In this document: positions 24,492 through 33,264 of the stretch, piece by piece
How positions within the stretch are numbered: position 1 is the first letter of the stretch
Layout of the letters: each line of letters begins with the position of its first letter
Assembly: GCA_015484985.1 (NCBI GenBank)
Contig: WFUL01000173.1
Coordinates: 1 to 33,776 of the forward strand
From: Anaerolineales bacterium
GTDB taxonomy: Bacteria > Chloroflexota > Anaerolineae > Anaerolineales > DRMV01
Direction of reading: 5' to 3'
DNA length: 33,776 bases
Program-made: the position numbers and the translations under genes
Notes under the pieces: model-generated
Seen by the model: only the letters and a program-made list of their open reading frames with translations
What the model was told of the DNA's origin: nothing
The model's database searches: none

Positions 24492-26726
24492 TTACGGTCG
24501 CACGCCCAGGATGACGTGGAAGGCTTCGGGGTAGCGCAGGAAGAAGCCGACCCGCATCACGGCCTTGATTTGCATCGTGTCGTTCTCGAAGGTCCCGGCC
24601 CCCTCCGTGGTGGCTTCGAGGCGGATGGTGCGACGCTGTACGATGACCGCCTCGGGCATCCGACCCAAATAGATTTCGGAGCAATCGGTGCTGATGCCCA
24701 CGGTCAGGTTGATGGGAATTTGCGTGGTTTCATAGACCGGAATGCCCCAGATGGTGGGCGGCAGGCCAGGCTCTTTCGGGTCAGCCCAAATATACTGCCC
24801 GTTGGAATCCTTGAGTTTCCGCAGCGTGTTCTTGGTGCGCGGATGGATGATGAACACCCGCCGGTCCTGCGGCACGTTCGCGGCGTCGAGTTGGTACAGG
24901 ACGTCGGCCAGGTCGTCGAAGGTCGGGGTCGCACCGTCCGCGCCCAGAGTCGTGGTCCCAACACCGGTCGTGTTCAGGATGCCGGTGATGGGCACGGTCG
25001 TACCATCACCGCGCAGGTAGGCAATATCCTCTGCCAGGGCCAACCGGGTCGCGATGTCTTGGCGCACGATGGCCTCTACAGAGGGATTGCTGTCCTCGAC
25101 CAGTTCCCGGCTCATCTCTACCCGGGCCGCCAGTTTCTTCACGCTCCAGGCCACCTGGCCGAAGGTCGGCTGGCTCGCGGTGATAGCGCTTGCCTCACCG
25201 ACCCAGTATGCGGTAGCCCCAGCGGTAACTTTCGGGAAGGTCCCGCTGTTCGTGTTCACGTTGATGACCGTGGCCCCGGCCCGACGCACCACAGCCTGGG
25301 CGTTCAGAAGTTCGATAATTTGCGTGCCATGCTCGGGCGGGACCAGGTAGCCACCCGCGGTGTCGGTGCCCTCCACCAGGGCCTTGTACGCCTTATCGAA
25401 GGTGGGTTTGTCGAGCGCGATGACAACGGATTTTGCCTGGCCGTTCGCCATCGCCAGGATAGCCTGGCTCAAGGGATACTCACCGCCCAGCACGAACCGG
25501 GACTTACCGTTGGTCTGGTACACGTTCTTGCGCACAAACGCACCGGGTTCGGTGATGGGAGCCTGGTCCAGAAAAGCCTTGACCACTTCGGTGGCAACCT
25601 GCTTGGCAACCTCGGCCACCAGTTCGGGGTCCACAGTGGGCGCAGGCTGCGCCTTGGGTTCGGGCTGAGGTTCGGGCTTGGTTTCAGCCTTGGTAGCAGT
25701 AGGTTCAGGTTCGGGTTGCTGCTGAGTCTGGTTGCGGATTTTTTCGTCCATCTTCATCCCTCCATGTTGAGATTGGGCTTCCCCGGTCTCCGCCTTGGCC
25801 TTCGCCTCATTAGCCTTCGCCTCAGCCTTTTCGACCGGTTCCGCGATGGCCCAGGGATTCGCGGGCCGTCGCCACTCGTTCACGTCCAGGAGCGCCAGTT
25901 CGGCCACGGGCCACACCGTAAGGTGCGCCCGGTTCCCCTGTTCCGAACGCACCAGATGGGCCACCGCACCGCTACTGGCTTTCACGTCTGCGGCCTCGAT
26001 GATGCGCTGGGCCAGGGGTTCATTCGGGTCCAGACGTACCCGGAACCAATGGCCCTTGGCGTCCGCCCCTTCGTACTTCGCCACGCCAATGACCACAGGC
26101 GGGTTCTGTAATTCCCAGGGCGCGTCTACACCGAAACCGTGGTTGTAGGTCACCGGGACCTCTTGTCCAGGAAGCAGCCAGATATCCGTCTTCGGGGAGA
26201 AGTACTCGCCATGCAGGTCCTTACCATCATACGGCCCGCCAAAAGGTACGCCCAGAACCAGGTACTCCGGCCCGGTCAGGTCCTCCCAGGTTTTCACGCT
26301 TTTGGCCGCCGGGCGTGGTGCCAGGATGCTCTTCAAGTAGTCTTCCGGAAGCATGACCTTCAAGCGCATCCCTTTGGCCTCGCCCCGCATCCGGCGGAAA
26401 TAGGCGTCCAAGACCTTACGCGCCCGTTCCAGCACGTCCGCTGGTGCATCGGCTTGAGGAAGCCGAGATGCCGCCGCCCGAAGGCCGGACGGGATGGCTT
26501 TCAGTTGCCCGTCTATCACGTCAGCAAAGGGCAATTTGTACGCACCCTTGTTCTCCGGGTTCTCCGCGTCATAAATCAGGAAGGCTCGGCGAGCTTTGGA
26601 GGGCTGTGGATTGTTAGGCCATCCGGCCCAGGCAAAAATCCGGTTTCGAGCCGCATCGCCATCCCAGGATCGGTCGGCTTGGGCGATGGGAAGGCCTCGG
26701 TCCGCTCCTACGGTCCACTTCGCCAT
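24492..26726 (-). CDS. fusion polyprotein: N-domain, prohead protease, scaffold-like linker and HK97-fold major capsid protein
   Basis: Protease-like LVLGVPFGGPYDGKDLHGEYFSPKTD. E/K/A/P-rich linker. C-terminal capsid motifs GGYLVPPEH...VINVNTNSGTFPKV...YWVGE...ARVEMSRELVEDS... Confidence 0.9.
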   Translation of the reverse strand: MAKWTVGADRGLPIAQADRSWDGDAARNRIFAWAGWPNNPQPSKARRAFLIYDAENPENKGAYKLPFADVIDGQLKAIPSGLRAAASRLPQADAPADVLERARKVLDAYFRRMRGEAKGMRLKVMLPEDYLKSILAPRPAAKSVKTWEDLTGPEYLVLGVPFGGPYDGKDLHGEYFSPKTDIWLLPGQEVPVTYNHGFGVDAPWELQNPPVVIGVAKYEGADAKGHWFRVRLDPNEPLAQRIIEAADVKASSGAVAHLVRSEQGNRAHLTVWPVAELALLDVNEWRRPANPWAIAEPVEKAEAKANEAKAKAETGEAQSQHGGMKMDEKIRNQTQQQPEPEPTATKAETKPEPQPEPKAQPAPTVDPELVAEVAKQVATEVVKAFLDQAPITEPGAFVRKNVYQTNGKSRFVLGGEYPLSQAILAMANGQAKSVVIALDKPTFDKAYKALVEGTDTAGGYLVPPEHGTQIIELLNAQAVVRRAGATVINVNTNSGTFPKVTAGATAYWVGEASAITASQPTFGQVAWSVKKLAARVEMSRELVEDSNPSVEAIVRQDIATRLALAEDIAYLRGDGTTVPITGILNTTGVGTTTLGADGATPTFDDLADVLYQLDAANVPQDRRVFIIHPRTKNTLRKLKDSNGQYIWADPKEPGLPPTIWGIPVYETTQIPINLTVGISTDCSEIYLGRMPEAVIVQRRTIRLEATTEGAGTFENDTMQIKAVMRVGFFLRYPEAFHVILGVRP

Positions 26727-26738
26727 GAGTCTTCCCTC

Positions 26739-27005
26739 CTACACCAGGCCAACGATTCCCGTGGCCGTCGTCCCCGTGAGGTAGACACGAGTCACCCGGA
26801 TAGGAAGCAGCGTCCCTGCAGGAACGGCGGTGAACGTCACCGTTCCGCCATCCATCATGTCCACCTTCAGGTCTCCAGCACTGCCCACGTACACGTACCG
26901 GGGAATCTCGGCCAGGTCCGCGGTATCGCTGGGTGTGATGTCAAAGGCCTTTGTCGCGGGAGCGTCCAAGCCTTTCGAAAAAGCCGCAAAAGCGTCAGTT
27001 GCCAT
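26739..27005 (-). CDS. small conserved head-module protein (88 aa)
   Basis: Start MATDAFAAF follows GGAGGAGGGGAGACAT. TPSDTADL...YVGSAGDLKV...LPIRVTRV resembles a small beta protein often found next to capsid genes. Confidence 0.7.
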   Translation of the reverse strand: MATDAFAAFSKGLDAPATKAFDITPSDTADLAEIPRYVYVGSAGDLKVDMMDGGTVTFTAVPAGTLLPIRVTRVYLTGTTATGIVGLV

Positions 27006-27028
27006 ATGTCTCCCCTCCTCCCAAATAG

Positions 27029-27070
27029 AAAAAACCCGGTCCCGGACGCTCAAAAGCGCCCGGAGCCGGG
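27029..27070 (-). terminator. intrinsic terminator-like hairpin inside the morphogenesis operon
   Basis: Minus strand: CCCGGCTCCGGGCGC-ttttga-GCGTCCGGGACCGGG followed by TTTTTT. 15-position stem with 1 mismatch and 2 G-U pairs. Confidence 0.7.
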
Positions 27071-27086
27071 CCCGGCTACTCACATT

Positions 27087-27557
27087 CTACCCGATTCGAA
27101 GTACCCGCGCAAGAGCCACACGAACAATTGTTTGCAAACGTTCTTTCACCCAAGAACGGGCCACCTTCTCCTCGGTGTGCCAGCCACGCCGCCCGTGAAA
27201 ACCCGCCTGCTCGGTGCTCCCCACCACGAAAGGCGCGTAGGTGACACCCGTCCACACCCGGCCCACAGGTCCCTGTGCGCGAGCGTGCCAGGACTTCTGT
27301 AGTTGCTCAGACGTATTTCGGCCTCTGAGCTCGCCCTTCTTCGTCATCCACCTTGGCCCCCAGAGGCGCTGGTGCCAGCGGGAGCCCGGCCCGGCAGGCC
27401 GGTTCCAGGGACCTTCCGGCGGATAAACGGCCATGCGCTCCATAATCTCCGGCGTTGCCTGTTTCACAATGTCCCGGAGAACCTGGCGCAGGCCAGGCCC
27501 GGAGATGGACAACAGCAAACGCCTGGCTCTATCAAGATGTTTGACTTCCACCTCCAT
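27087..27557 (-). CDS. virion morphogenesis protein (HK97 gp10-like?)
   Basis: 156 aa. ...VTYAPFVVG... is reminiscent of gp10-family proteins. Function uncertain. Confidence 0.5.
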   Translation of the reverse strand: MEVEVKHLDRARRLLLSISGPGLRQVLRDIVKQATPEIMERMAVYPPEGPWNRPAGPGSRWHQRLWGPRWMTKKGELRGRNTSEQLQKSWHARAQGPVGRVWTGVTYAPFVVGSTEQAGFHGRRGWHTEEKVARSWVKERLQTIVRVALARVLRIG

Positions 27558-29646
27558 CTTTCTGCCTCCGCGTCAGTTCCACGGCCACACGGCACCGGCA
27601 GCGGGGATGCGCAGGCGGCCCTTCAGGGTATCCCGCGGCCTGCCAGGCCCCGCTCTCCCTGGTGGTATGGTCCAGGGGTCGGCACACCGGGCAGACTCTT
27701 TCGTCTTCTGCGGTCAGCCATCGGCGCACCGTGCGGATGCCCTGCTTTGCCAGGTTGTTCTGCAGGAACCTTGCTACCGCGCTGTGCGCACGGGTCACCT
27801 CGGTAATGGCCGTCAGTTCCGCGTGCACCGGTCCATAGCGCAGGGCCAGGCGTCGCAGAAATTCCTGTTCGTCCCATCCGGTAACCAGCAAGTCACTAAT
27901 GACCGTTTCCACGGTGCGCTTCGTGTTTTCCATGATGCGCTTCGCCCAGTCGGTGATGACGTCCCGGCTCCAACGGTTCAGGTCCTGGACGATTTCGTCC
28001 CATAGCAGACCCAGGGGCGTATCCTGCATCCAGTCCCGGGCCGCCTGAAGCATGTAATCTACCAGGACCTCGGTCATAGCCTGATTCAGCGCCTGGGCGA
28101 AGTCTTCCCAGTACGACTCGGGGACGTTTGTCAAATGCGGCGGGCTACCCAAGAGGTCCCGCAACTTCTGGAACCACTCGAATTCCAGGCGGCCCAGTTT
28201 TCGGGCCAGGCGTCGCTCGAAAGGGTCCGGGTCCAAGGCCTTCGCCATCTCCTGGATGCCCGCCCTGGTCATGGTGAAAACCGTCTTTACCTGGGCTGCA
28301 TCCTGACAGGCTTCCAGCGCACCGCGCACAGCCTCCATGAGCACCGGCCCCAGGGCCTCGCTTTCGAAGGTCACGTCCGCCGGGGCCTTGCCCGCCTTCA
28401 CCCGCTTGAGTACTTTCCGCTCCCAGCGGTCCAGGTCTTCCAGAGTCGCCCTGGGGTCGGCAAGGTGCGCGTGTTTTTTGTTGTCGCCAACAAAAGTCCG
28501 GGTCGGAGTCGGGCCGATACGTACCAGGTTCCCGGCCTCGTCCACGTCCCAACCCTCGGGAAGTTCGTAGCCCAGAACCTGAAGGGCCAAACCCAGAGGC
28601 ATCCCGGCCCGGGTCAGGGCCACCAGCGCGCCCGCCCGCCGGTTCTCGTCTTCCTGATACATGTCCATCTCTTCCGGCGCGAAGCGCAGGTCCAGGCCGA
28701 GGGGGTTCAGCACCTGGCGGTTCAGTTCGGCCTCAAACAGGGCCAGGCGCGGCAGGATGGTTTCATCATAGAACGATTTACGATGCTCCCGGGCCGTGGC
28801 ATAGTTCGCCGCGTCCTCCAGCAGAGTTTGCGGGATGCCGAAGGCCAGAGCCACATCCCGCCGGGCCTGCTCGTGCAGGTCCGGGATGACCAGGTTCCGT
28901 AGTTCAGGTTGAAACGTCTTGGCCTCCAGCGTCCCAGACCGCACGGCCAGCACCCGCCAGGCCCGGCGCACGCCCTGGGTCAGCCTGCGGAACCAGTTTT
29001 CCACTCGCTGGCGCTCTGGCTCGGGCGTGTTCGTCGGTACAACGATGGTGGTCACGGGCATACCGCCGCTCTCAAAATACGTCGCCGCGTACTCGGTGAG
29101 CGCCCACAAAAGCCGGATGTCCCCCAGGGCCACCTGCGCTGCCGATGGGCCAGGGTCATAGTCACTCTCTGGGTTCGGCTCGAACATGTGGAACACCTGT
29201 TCAGGTTGCCACGGGCCATATGTGCGCCCGTCCACGTGTTGCTCCAGGACATACCGCTTCCGCCAGTCCTCGGTTTCCAGTACCCGGACTTCCATCGTAT
29301 CGGGATGCAGGCGCTGAAAGGTCTCTATCCGGCCCGAACGCATCTGGATTTTCAGCCAATACGTCGCGCCGAAAATAAGCATGTCGAATTCCGCCTGCCA
29401 CAGCAGGCGTTCCAAGGGTACATCCGGCCAGGGCCAGTCCACCTCGTTTCCCCGCCGGTCGTGTAGATGCCAGGGCACCCGCACCAGGCCGTTACAGCGC
29501 AGCATCACGGCCCGGAACACCAGCGGCACCAGGCCGTATGCCTGTTCCGGCTTCTTCAGCCAGTCCGGGTCCTCCCGCTGCCATACGCCCGGCCGGATGT
29601 ACAGCAGCCGAGAGCCATCGGGCAGTTGCACCGCTTTCACCGCCAT
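27532..29646 (-). CDS. portal protein fused to a MuF/SPP1-gp7-like minor head domain
   Basis: Start MAVKAVQL follows GAGGAGGGGAGGCA. Portal-like N-terminal about 400 aa. C-terminus has VCPVCRPL...PPAHPRCRCRV (MuF signature). Confidence 0.85.
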   Translation of the reverse strand: MAVKAVQLPDGSRLLYIRPGVWQREDPDWLKKPEQAYGLVPLVFRAVMLRCNGLVRVPWHLHDRRGNEVDWPWPDVPLERLLWQAEFDMLIFGATYWLKIQMRSGRIETFQRLHPDTMEVRVLETEDWRKRYVLEQHVDGRTYGPWQPEQVFHMFEPNPESDYDPGPSAAQVALGDIRLLWALTEYAATYFESGGMPVTTIVVPTNTPEPERQRVENWFRRLTQGVRRAWRVLAVRSGTLEAKTFQPELRNLVIPDLHEQARRDVALAFGIPQTLLEDAANYATAREHRKSFYDETILPRLALFEAELNRQVLNPLGLDLRFAPEEMDMYQEDENRRAGALVALTRAGMPLGLALQVLGYELPEGWDVDEAGNLVRIGPTPTRTFVGDNKKHAHLADPRATLEDLDRWERKVLKRVKAGKAPADVTFESEALGPVLMEAVRGALEACQDAAQVKTVFTMTRAGIQEMAKALDPDPFERRLARKLGRLEFEWFQKLRDLLGSPPHLTNVPESYWEDFAQALNQAMTEVLVDYMLQAARDWMQDTPLGLLWDEIVQDLNRWSRDVITDWAKRIMENTKRTVETVISDLLVTGWDEQEFLRRLALRYGPVHAELTAITEVTRAHSAVARFLQNNLAKQGIRTVRRWLTAEDERVCPVCRPLDHTTRESGAWQAAGYPEGPPAHPRCRCRVAVELTRRQKDGGGSQTS
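28474..28495. repeat. AT-rich palindrome TTTTTTGTTG-tcgc-CAACAAAA (copy 3 of 4), inside the portal ORF
   Basis: It encodes ...TFVGDNKKHA... The core matches the three intergenic copies. Confidence 0.7.
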
Positions 29647-29662
29647 TGCCTCCCCTCCTCGC

Positions 29663-30895
29663 CTAAATCTCGAAAAGTACCTCAAGCCCGGGCTCGGCCA
29701 CCACGTGCCAGGCCAGGGCCAGGGCCATCACCGTATCGTCATGCAGGCCCTCAGGCGCACCGTACCGAATTCGGCCCGAAGGCATGGTCTCACCCTGGTA
29801 TGCCTGTAACTCGGCGATAAGTACGTCGTCCGGCAAGATACGGATTTCCCGGTTCTCAAAGGCCAGGGCCAGGGCGTCTATCACGTTCTGCTTCGTGACC
29901 TGGGTCGTGGTGAAAGGCACCACGGGATACCCTTCCCGTTGCAGGCTCTCAATCAGCGGAAGGCCCATCGCGTTCGCCTCGGCCACGATGGTATGGGGCC
30001 GGAAGCGCCGGTACAGGGCCTTCAGCCGGTTCACCTGGACCGCATACTCGATGCCCGTGAACCGGTCCAGGTATACCAGGGCTTTCAGGGTCACATCCAG
30101 CACGGCGATGACCGTATAGTCGTGTACCCGGCCCCAGTCCACGCCGAACACGTACTCATGCCCCGGCACGGCCTCATCTTGCGGCTCCGCCGTGGCACAT
30201 TCCACCACGTGCCGGAAGACCTGGCCTGCATCGTCCAGAATCTCGGCCAGGAATTCCTGGCGGAAAATCCGGTCAGGAAGCCGCTCCCTCAGTTCGTCAA
30301 TTTTCGCGTGGTCTATATGCGGGTTCTCGTAGGATGTGGCGTGAATCTGAAGCCAGGCCGGGTCCTCGCCCGCCTGTACCCATTCCCGCCAGGCCCAGTT
30401 TTTCCCTTTCGGCACACCCAGCATGGCAACCCATCCGCCGAAGTCTGTCAGGGTCGGCGCGACGTACTCCGTCCACACCCGTTCCCGCATCAGGGAAAAT
30501 TCATCCAGCACCACGCCCCGGATACCCTCGCCCGCCAAACTGTCCTCATTCTCCGCCGTACGGAACCACAGTTCCAGCAGGCCCGGGATGACGATTTCGC
30601 TCTTGGCCTCCCGGATATGCCCGTGCTCGGGAAGGTCCAGGGCGCGCAAGATGCCCCGGGCGATGGTCTTCGCTTCACGCCAGGCCCGTTTCATCGAGGC
30701 ACTACGCCAGGACAGACCAACCCACCAGTACAGGCCGGGCTTTCGGGCCGCGTGATAGAAAATGCGTTGTATCCCCGCCATCGTCTTTCCCCAACGGCGG
30801 CCCGTAAAGGCCACCACCGAACCCGGCCAGGTCACCAGGGCCTTCTGTTTCTCACTATGTGGCTTCTTCATTGGAATGACGACTGTCTTCATCAT
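29663..30895 (-). CDS. terL: terminase large subunit
   Basis: Walker A FTGRRWGKTMAG. Walker B VVLDEFS. C-terminal nuclease-like DWGRVHDYT...HDD. Confidence 0.9.
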   Translation of the reverse strand: MMKTVVIPMKKPHSEKQKALVTWPGSVVAFTGRRWGKTMAGIQRIFYHAARKPGLYWWVGLSWRSASMKRAWREAKTIARGILRALDLPEHGHIREAKSEIVIPGLLELWFRTAENEDSLAGEGIRGVVLDEFSLMRERVWTEYVAPTLTDFGGWVAMLGVPKGKNWAWREWVQAGEDPAWLQIHATSYENPHIDHAKIDELRERLPDRIFRQEFLAEILDDAGQVFRHVVECATAEPQDEAVPGHEYVFGVDWGRVHDYTVIAVLDVTLKALVYLDRFTGIEYAVQVNRLKALYRRFRPHTIVAEANAMGLPLIESLQREGYPVVPFTTTQVTKQNVIDALALAFENREIRILPDDVLIAELQAYQGETMPSGRIRYGAPEGLHDDTVMALALAWHVVAEPGLEVLFEI

Positions 30896-31286
30896 CTTCC
30901 CACCGGAAAACTATTTGAAAAGGCTCAGCAAAATTCAGGGTTACCGGGGCATCCAAACCCAAAAGTCGGGCTCTACGCTCTTTGATTTTCAATCGGGCAT
31001 TGAACCATTTGAGGCTTTTCGTCTGCTGATACTGCAAAGCCGCTTCACGTTCCATCATGTCCAATTCAGCCAGTTCACGGGCTTTCACTTTCTCGATGGT
31101 CTGCATAGCCTCTTTTTGCCATTGTTCCTCAAGGGCTTTCAGGTCCCTGGAAACAGTAGACTGATGAATGCCCAAAGCGCGGGCTATGTCTTCCTGACTC
31201 ATATGATGCTGCAAATAAAGTATTGCCACCTTTCGGCGGCGTTCCTGAATTTCAACCTTTTTATGTCGTTTGTGTCGTTTGGTCAT
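30855..31286 (-). CDS. terS: terminase small subunit candidate (HTH)
   Basis: MTKRHKRHKK... MSQEDIARALGIHQSTVSRDLKAL, then a coiled coil. It overlaps the terL start. Visibly lower G+C than the surroundings. An alternative GTG start lies at 31295. Confidence 0.6.
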   Translation of the reverse strand: MTKRHKRHKKVEIQERRRKVAILYLQHHMSQEDIARALGIHQSTVSRDLKALEEQWQKEAMQTIEKVKARELAELDMMEREAALQYQQTKSLKWFNARLKIKERRARLLGLDAPVTLNFAEPFQIVFRWEDDEDSRHSNEEAT

Positions 31287-31301
31287 CTTATGCACCCTAT
31301 A

Positions 31302-32363
31302 TCATGCAATTTTCGCAAGAATCTCTTTCCGAATGTGCCGCGTAATGGCTTCCATCATGAGAGGCGGCACGCTGTTTCCAATGATGGCCCATTGTTCTTG
31401 GTACGTCCCAGTTATCACGAATTCATCCGGGAATGATTGCAGCCGCTTCCCTTCCCCAACACTAAGCGCCCGCGGTTCTGCCCAGTGCACTATCGTGGCA
31501 AAACCGCGGCCGGTTTGTGTTTTCCTCAATGTAAATGAAGGTTTGCGAGGATGCAGTTTTTGGCAATCAGTATATCCTTTGCCTTCCTTGAGGACATCTT
31601 CTGCACTTTTCCCCAAAGGCACAAGCGGCCAAAGTTTCCCATACCGGTCTGTCAATTTCGGTACCCCAGAGGTGTCTGCCCCCTCTATTGCATCCGCACA
31701 AGCCACAGGTTGCCATTCTGGTTTCGGATGGGATGGCTCGATACCCAGGTCTTCCCGCACGCCTATGAAAATCACCCGCTCCCGACTCTGGGGCACGCCG
31801 AACCACATTGCGTTAAGCAGCCTGGCTTTCACGCGGTACCCAGACGCCCGGAGTTCTTGCATGATTTCGGCAAAGAGTAACTTCATTTTCCCTTTCACCA
31901 TCCCGCTGACGTTTTCCATGACGAAAACCTTCGGCCTGAGACCGCGAAGTAGCCGCACAAACTCCCGAAAAAGTTGGTTCCGCGGGTCATCCAGGATGCG
32001 TTTCCCCGCGGTGCTGAAGCCCTGACATGGGGGCGAGCCATCCAAAACGTCCAATTCCCCAGGCTGGATGCCCGCCATGTCCAGGGCCTGTTCTACCGAA
32101 AGGGTCGCAATGTCCCCATGATACACCGGCACATCCGGGAAGTTCGCGCGGAACGTTCGCACCGCGTTGTCATCCCATTCCACGGCCAGGAGTTCCCGAA
32201 ACCCCGCCATCGAATAGCCAAGCGAAGAGCCTCCCCCACCAGCAAAAAGACTGATGACGGTCGGGGCGTCTGGCTCCCGCGGGGCCAGGTGCTTTTCCCA
32301 CATCCGGTGAAGGTGGGCCGGATAGTCGTCTATTTTGGGAAGCGGAAGCCGCACTTGGGACAT
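31302..32363 (-). CDS. DNA (cytosine-5) methyltransferase
   Basis: Motif I ISLFAGGGGSSLGY. Motif IV GSPPCQGFS. Motif VI VMENV. Motif VIII QSRERVIFIG. Motif X GNSVPP. Confidence 0.95.
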   Translation of the reverse strand: MSQVRLPLPKIDDYPAHLHRMWEKHLAPREPDAPTVISLFAGGGGSSLGYSMAGFRELLAVEWDDNAVRTFRANFPDVPVYHGDIATLSVEQALDMAGIQPGELDVLDGSPPCQGFSTAGKRILDDPRNQLFREFVRLLRGLRPKVFVMENVSGMVKGKMKLLFAEIMQELRASGYRVKARLLNAMWFGVPQSRERVIFIGVREDLGIEPSHPKPEWQPVACADAIEGADTSGVPKLTDRYGKLWPLVPLGKSAEDVLKEGKGYTDCQKLHPRKPSFTLRKTQTGRGFATIVHWAEPRALSVGEGKRLQSFPDEFVITGTYQEQWAIIGNSVPPLMMEAITRHIRKEILAKIA

Positions 32364-32848
32364 GTAACCATCTCCACCTTTTCCGCTACGTCTTCATCAA
32401 TCGCCGGGAATTCATCCGGCGGCTCAAAGTCCACCTGGTAGTTTTCCGCGACTTGTTGGAGTAAGGTTGCGATTTGCTTCTCCTCGGTTTCGATTTGAGC
32501 CAGGAGGTCGGCCAGCACTTGCTCATCCGCCGCAGCCATCGCGGAAATAGGGTCGAGCGTAGCCAGGATGATTTTCTCTTCCTCCTCATCCAGGTCTACA
32601 TATTGCACCGGGACCTTTTTCTCCCCGCGTCGCATGGCAAGAAGGATGCGCAAGTGCCCATCCACTACGTGGCCCGTGCGCCGGTTCACGATGACCGGCG
32701 GACCGGCCCATCCGATGCGGTCCAGGATGTCAAGCAAGGCATCCTGTTGCTTTTGAGGATGCACCCGCCAGTTCCAGGGATTGGCCTGAAGTTGCCGCGG
32801 GTCCTCTTCGCCATAACCCACAATGCGATTTTTCCAGCGGTTCATCAT
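32330..32848 (-). CDS. ParB-like nuclease-domain protein with a C-terminal zinc ribbon
   Basis: VIVNRRTGHVVDGHLRILLAMRRGEKKVPVQYVDL (ParB N-domain DGHHR-type). C-terminal CPKCGFRF. ATG ATG start follows GGGAGGGA. 34-nt overlap with the methyltransferase gene. Confidence 0.8.
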   Translation of the reverse strand: MMNRWKNRIVGYGEEDPRQLQANPWNWRVHPQKQQDALLDILDRIGWAGPPVIVNRRTGHVVDGHLRILLAMRRGEKKVPVQYVDLDEEEEKIILATLDPISAMAAADEQVLADLLAQIETEEKQIATLLQQVAENYQVDFEPPDEFPAIDEDVAEKVEMVTCPKCGFRFPK

Positions 32849-32956
32849 TCCCTCCCAAATGCAAAAAGTCCGGCGGGTCGTGCACGTGACACGACCTACC
32901 GGACCGGTCCGGTTCACCCCCTACCCCGCCCCGCAGCGGTTCGGGAGTTCACGTAT

Positions 32957-32965
32957 AGTATAGCA
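32957..32965 (-). promoter_or_regulatory. candidate extended -10 promoter (TGcTATACT) for the morphogenesis operon
   Basis: This is the only promoter-like element between the upstream terminator and the ParB-like gene. No good -35. Confidence 0.3.
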
Positions 32966-32968
32966 TGA

Positions 32969-33009
32969 GCAAAACAAAAGAAAAAGGGCGCAGGCTTTTA
33001 CCTGCGCCC
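32969..33009 (-). terminator. strong intrinsic terminator after the 64-aa gene
   Basis: GGGCGCAGG-taaaag-CCTGCGCCC followed by TTTTTCTTTTGTTTTG. Confidence 0.85.
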
Positions 33010-33031
33010 ACCTTGACCTACTGGCCTATAA

Positions 33032-33226
33032 TCACCGCTCACGCACCTCAACTTCCACTTTCCCATCCCGCCAGGTGAACACCGCCACACGGGACGGAAA
33101 CTCAACTACCCATTGCTCCTCCCCTTGCTCCACGCGAGTGGGGAATTCTCCCCAGACCCGCGCAGCCGTCATCACCGCGTTGAACATATCCTTGACAAAC
33201 TGCACTTGCGCCAATTGCTCTTTCAT
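33032..33226 (-). CDS. hypothetical 64-aa protein, monocistronic unit
   Basis: MKEQLAQVQF... SD AAGGAGTGAGGAGCC. It is bracketed by P1 and a strong terminator. Confidence 0.7.
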   Translation of the reverse strand: MKEQLAQVQFVKDMFNAVMTAARVWGEFPTRVEQGEEQWVVEFPSRVAVFTWRDGKVEVEVRER

Positions 33227-33264
33227 GGCTCCTCACTCCTTTCATTGGACTTTGTTCACTTCCT

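Noticed and set aside
33013-33032. Plus-strand TTGACC ... TATAAT
   Set aside because: The spacer is only 8 nt, and the TATAAT overlaps the stop codon region of the 64-aa gene. It is not a functional promoter geometry.
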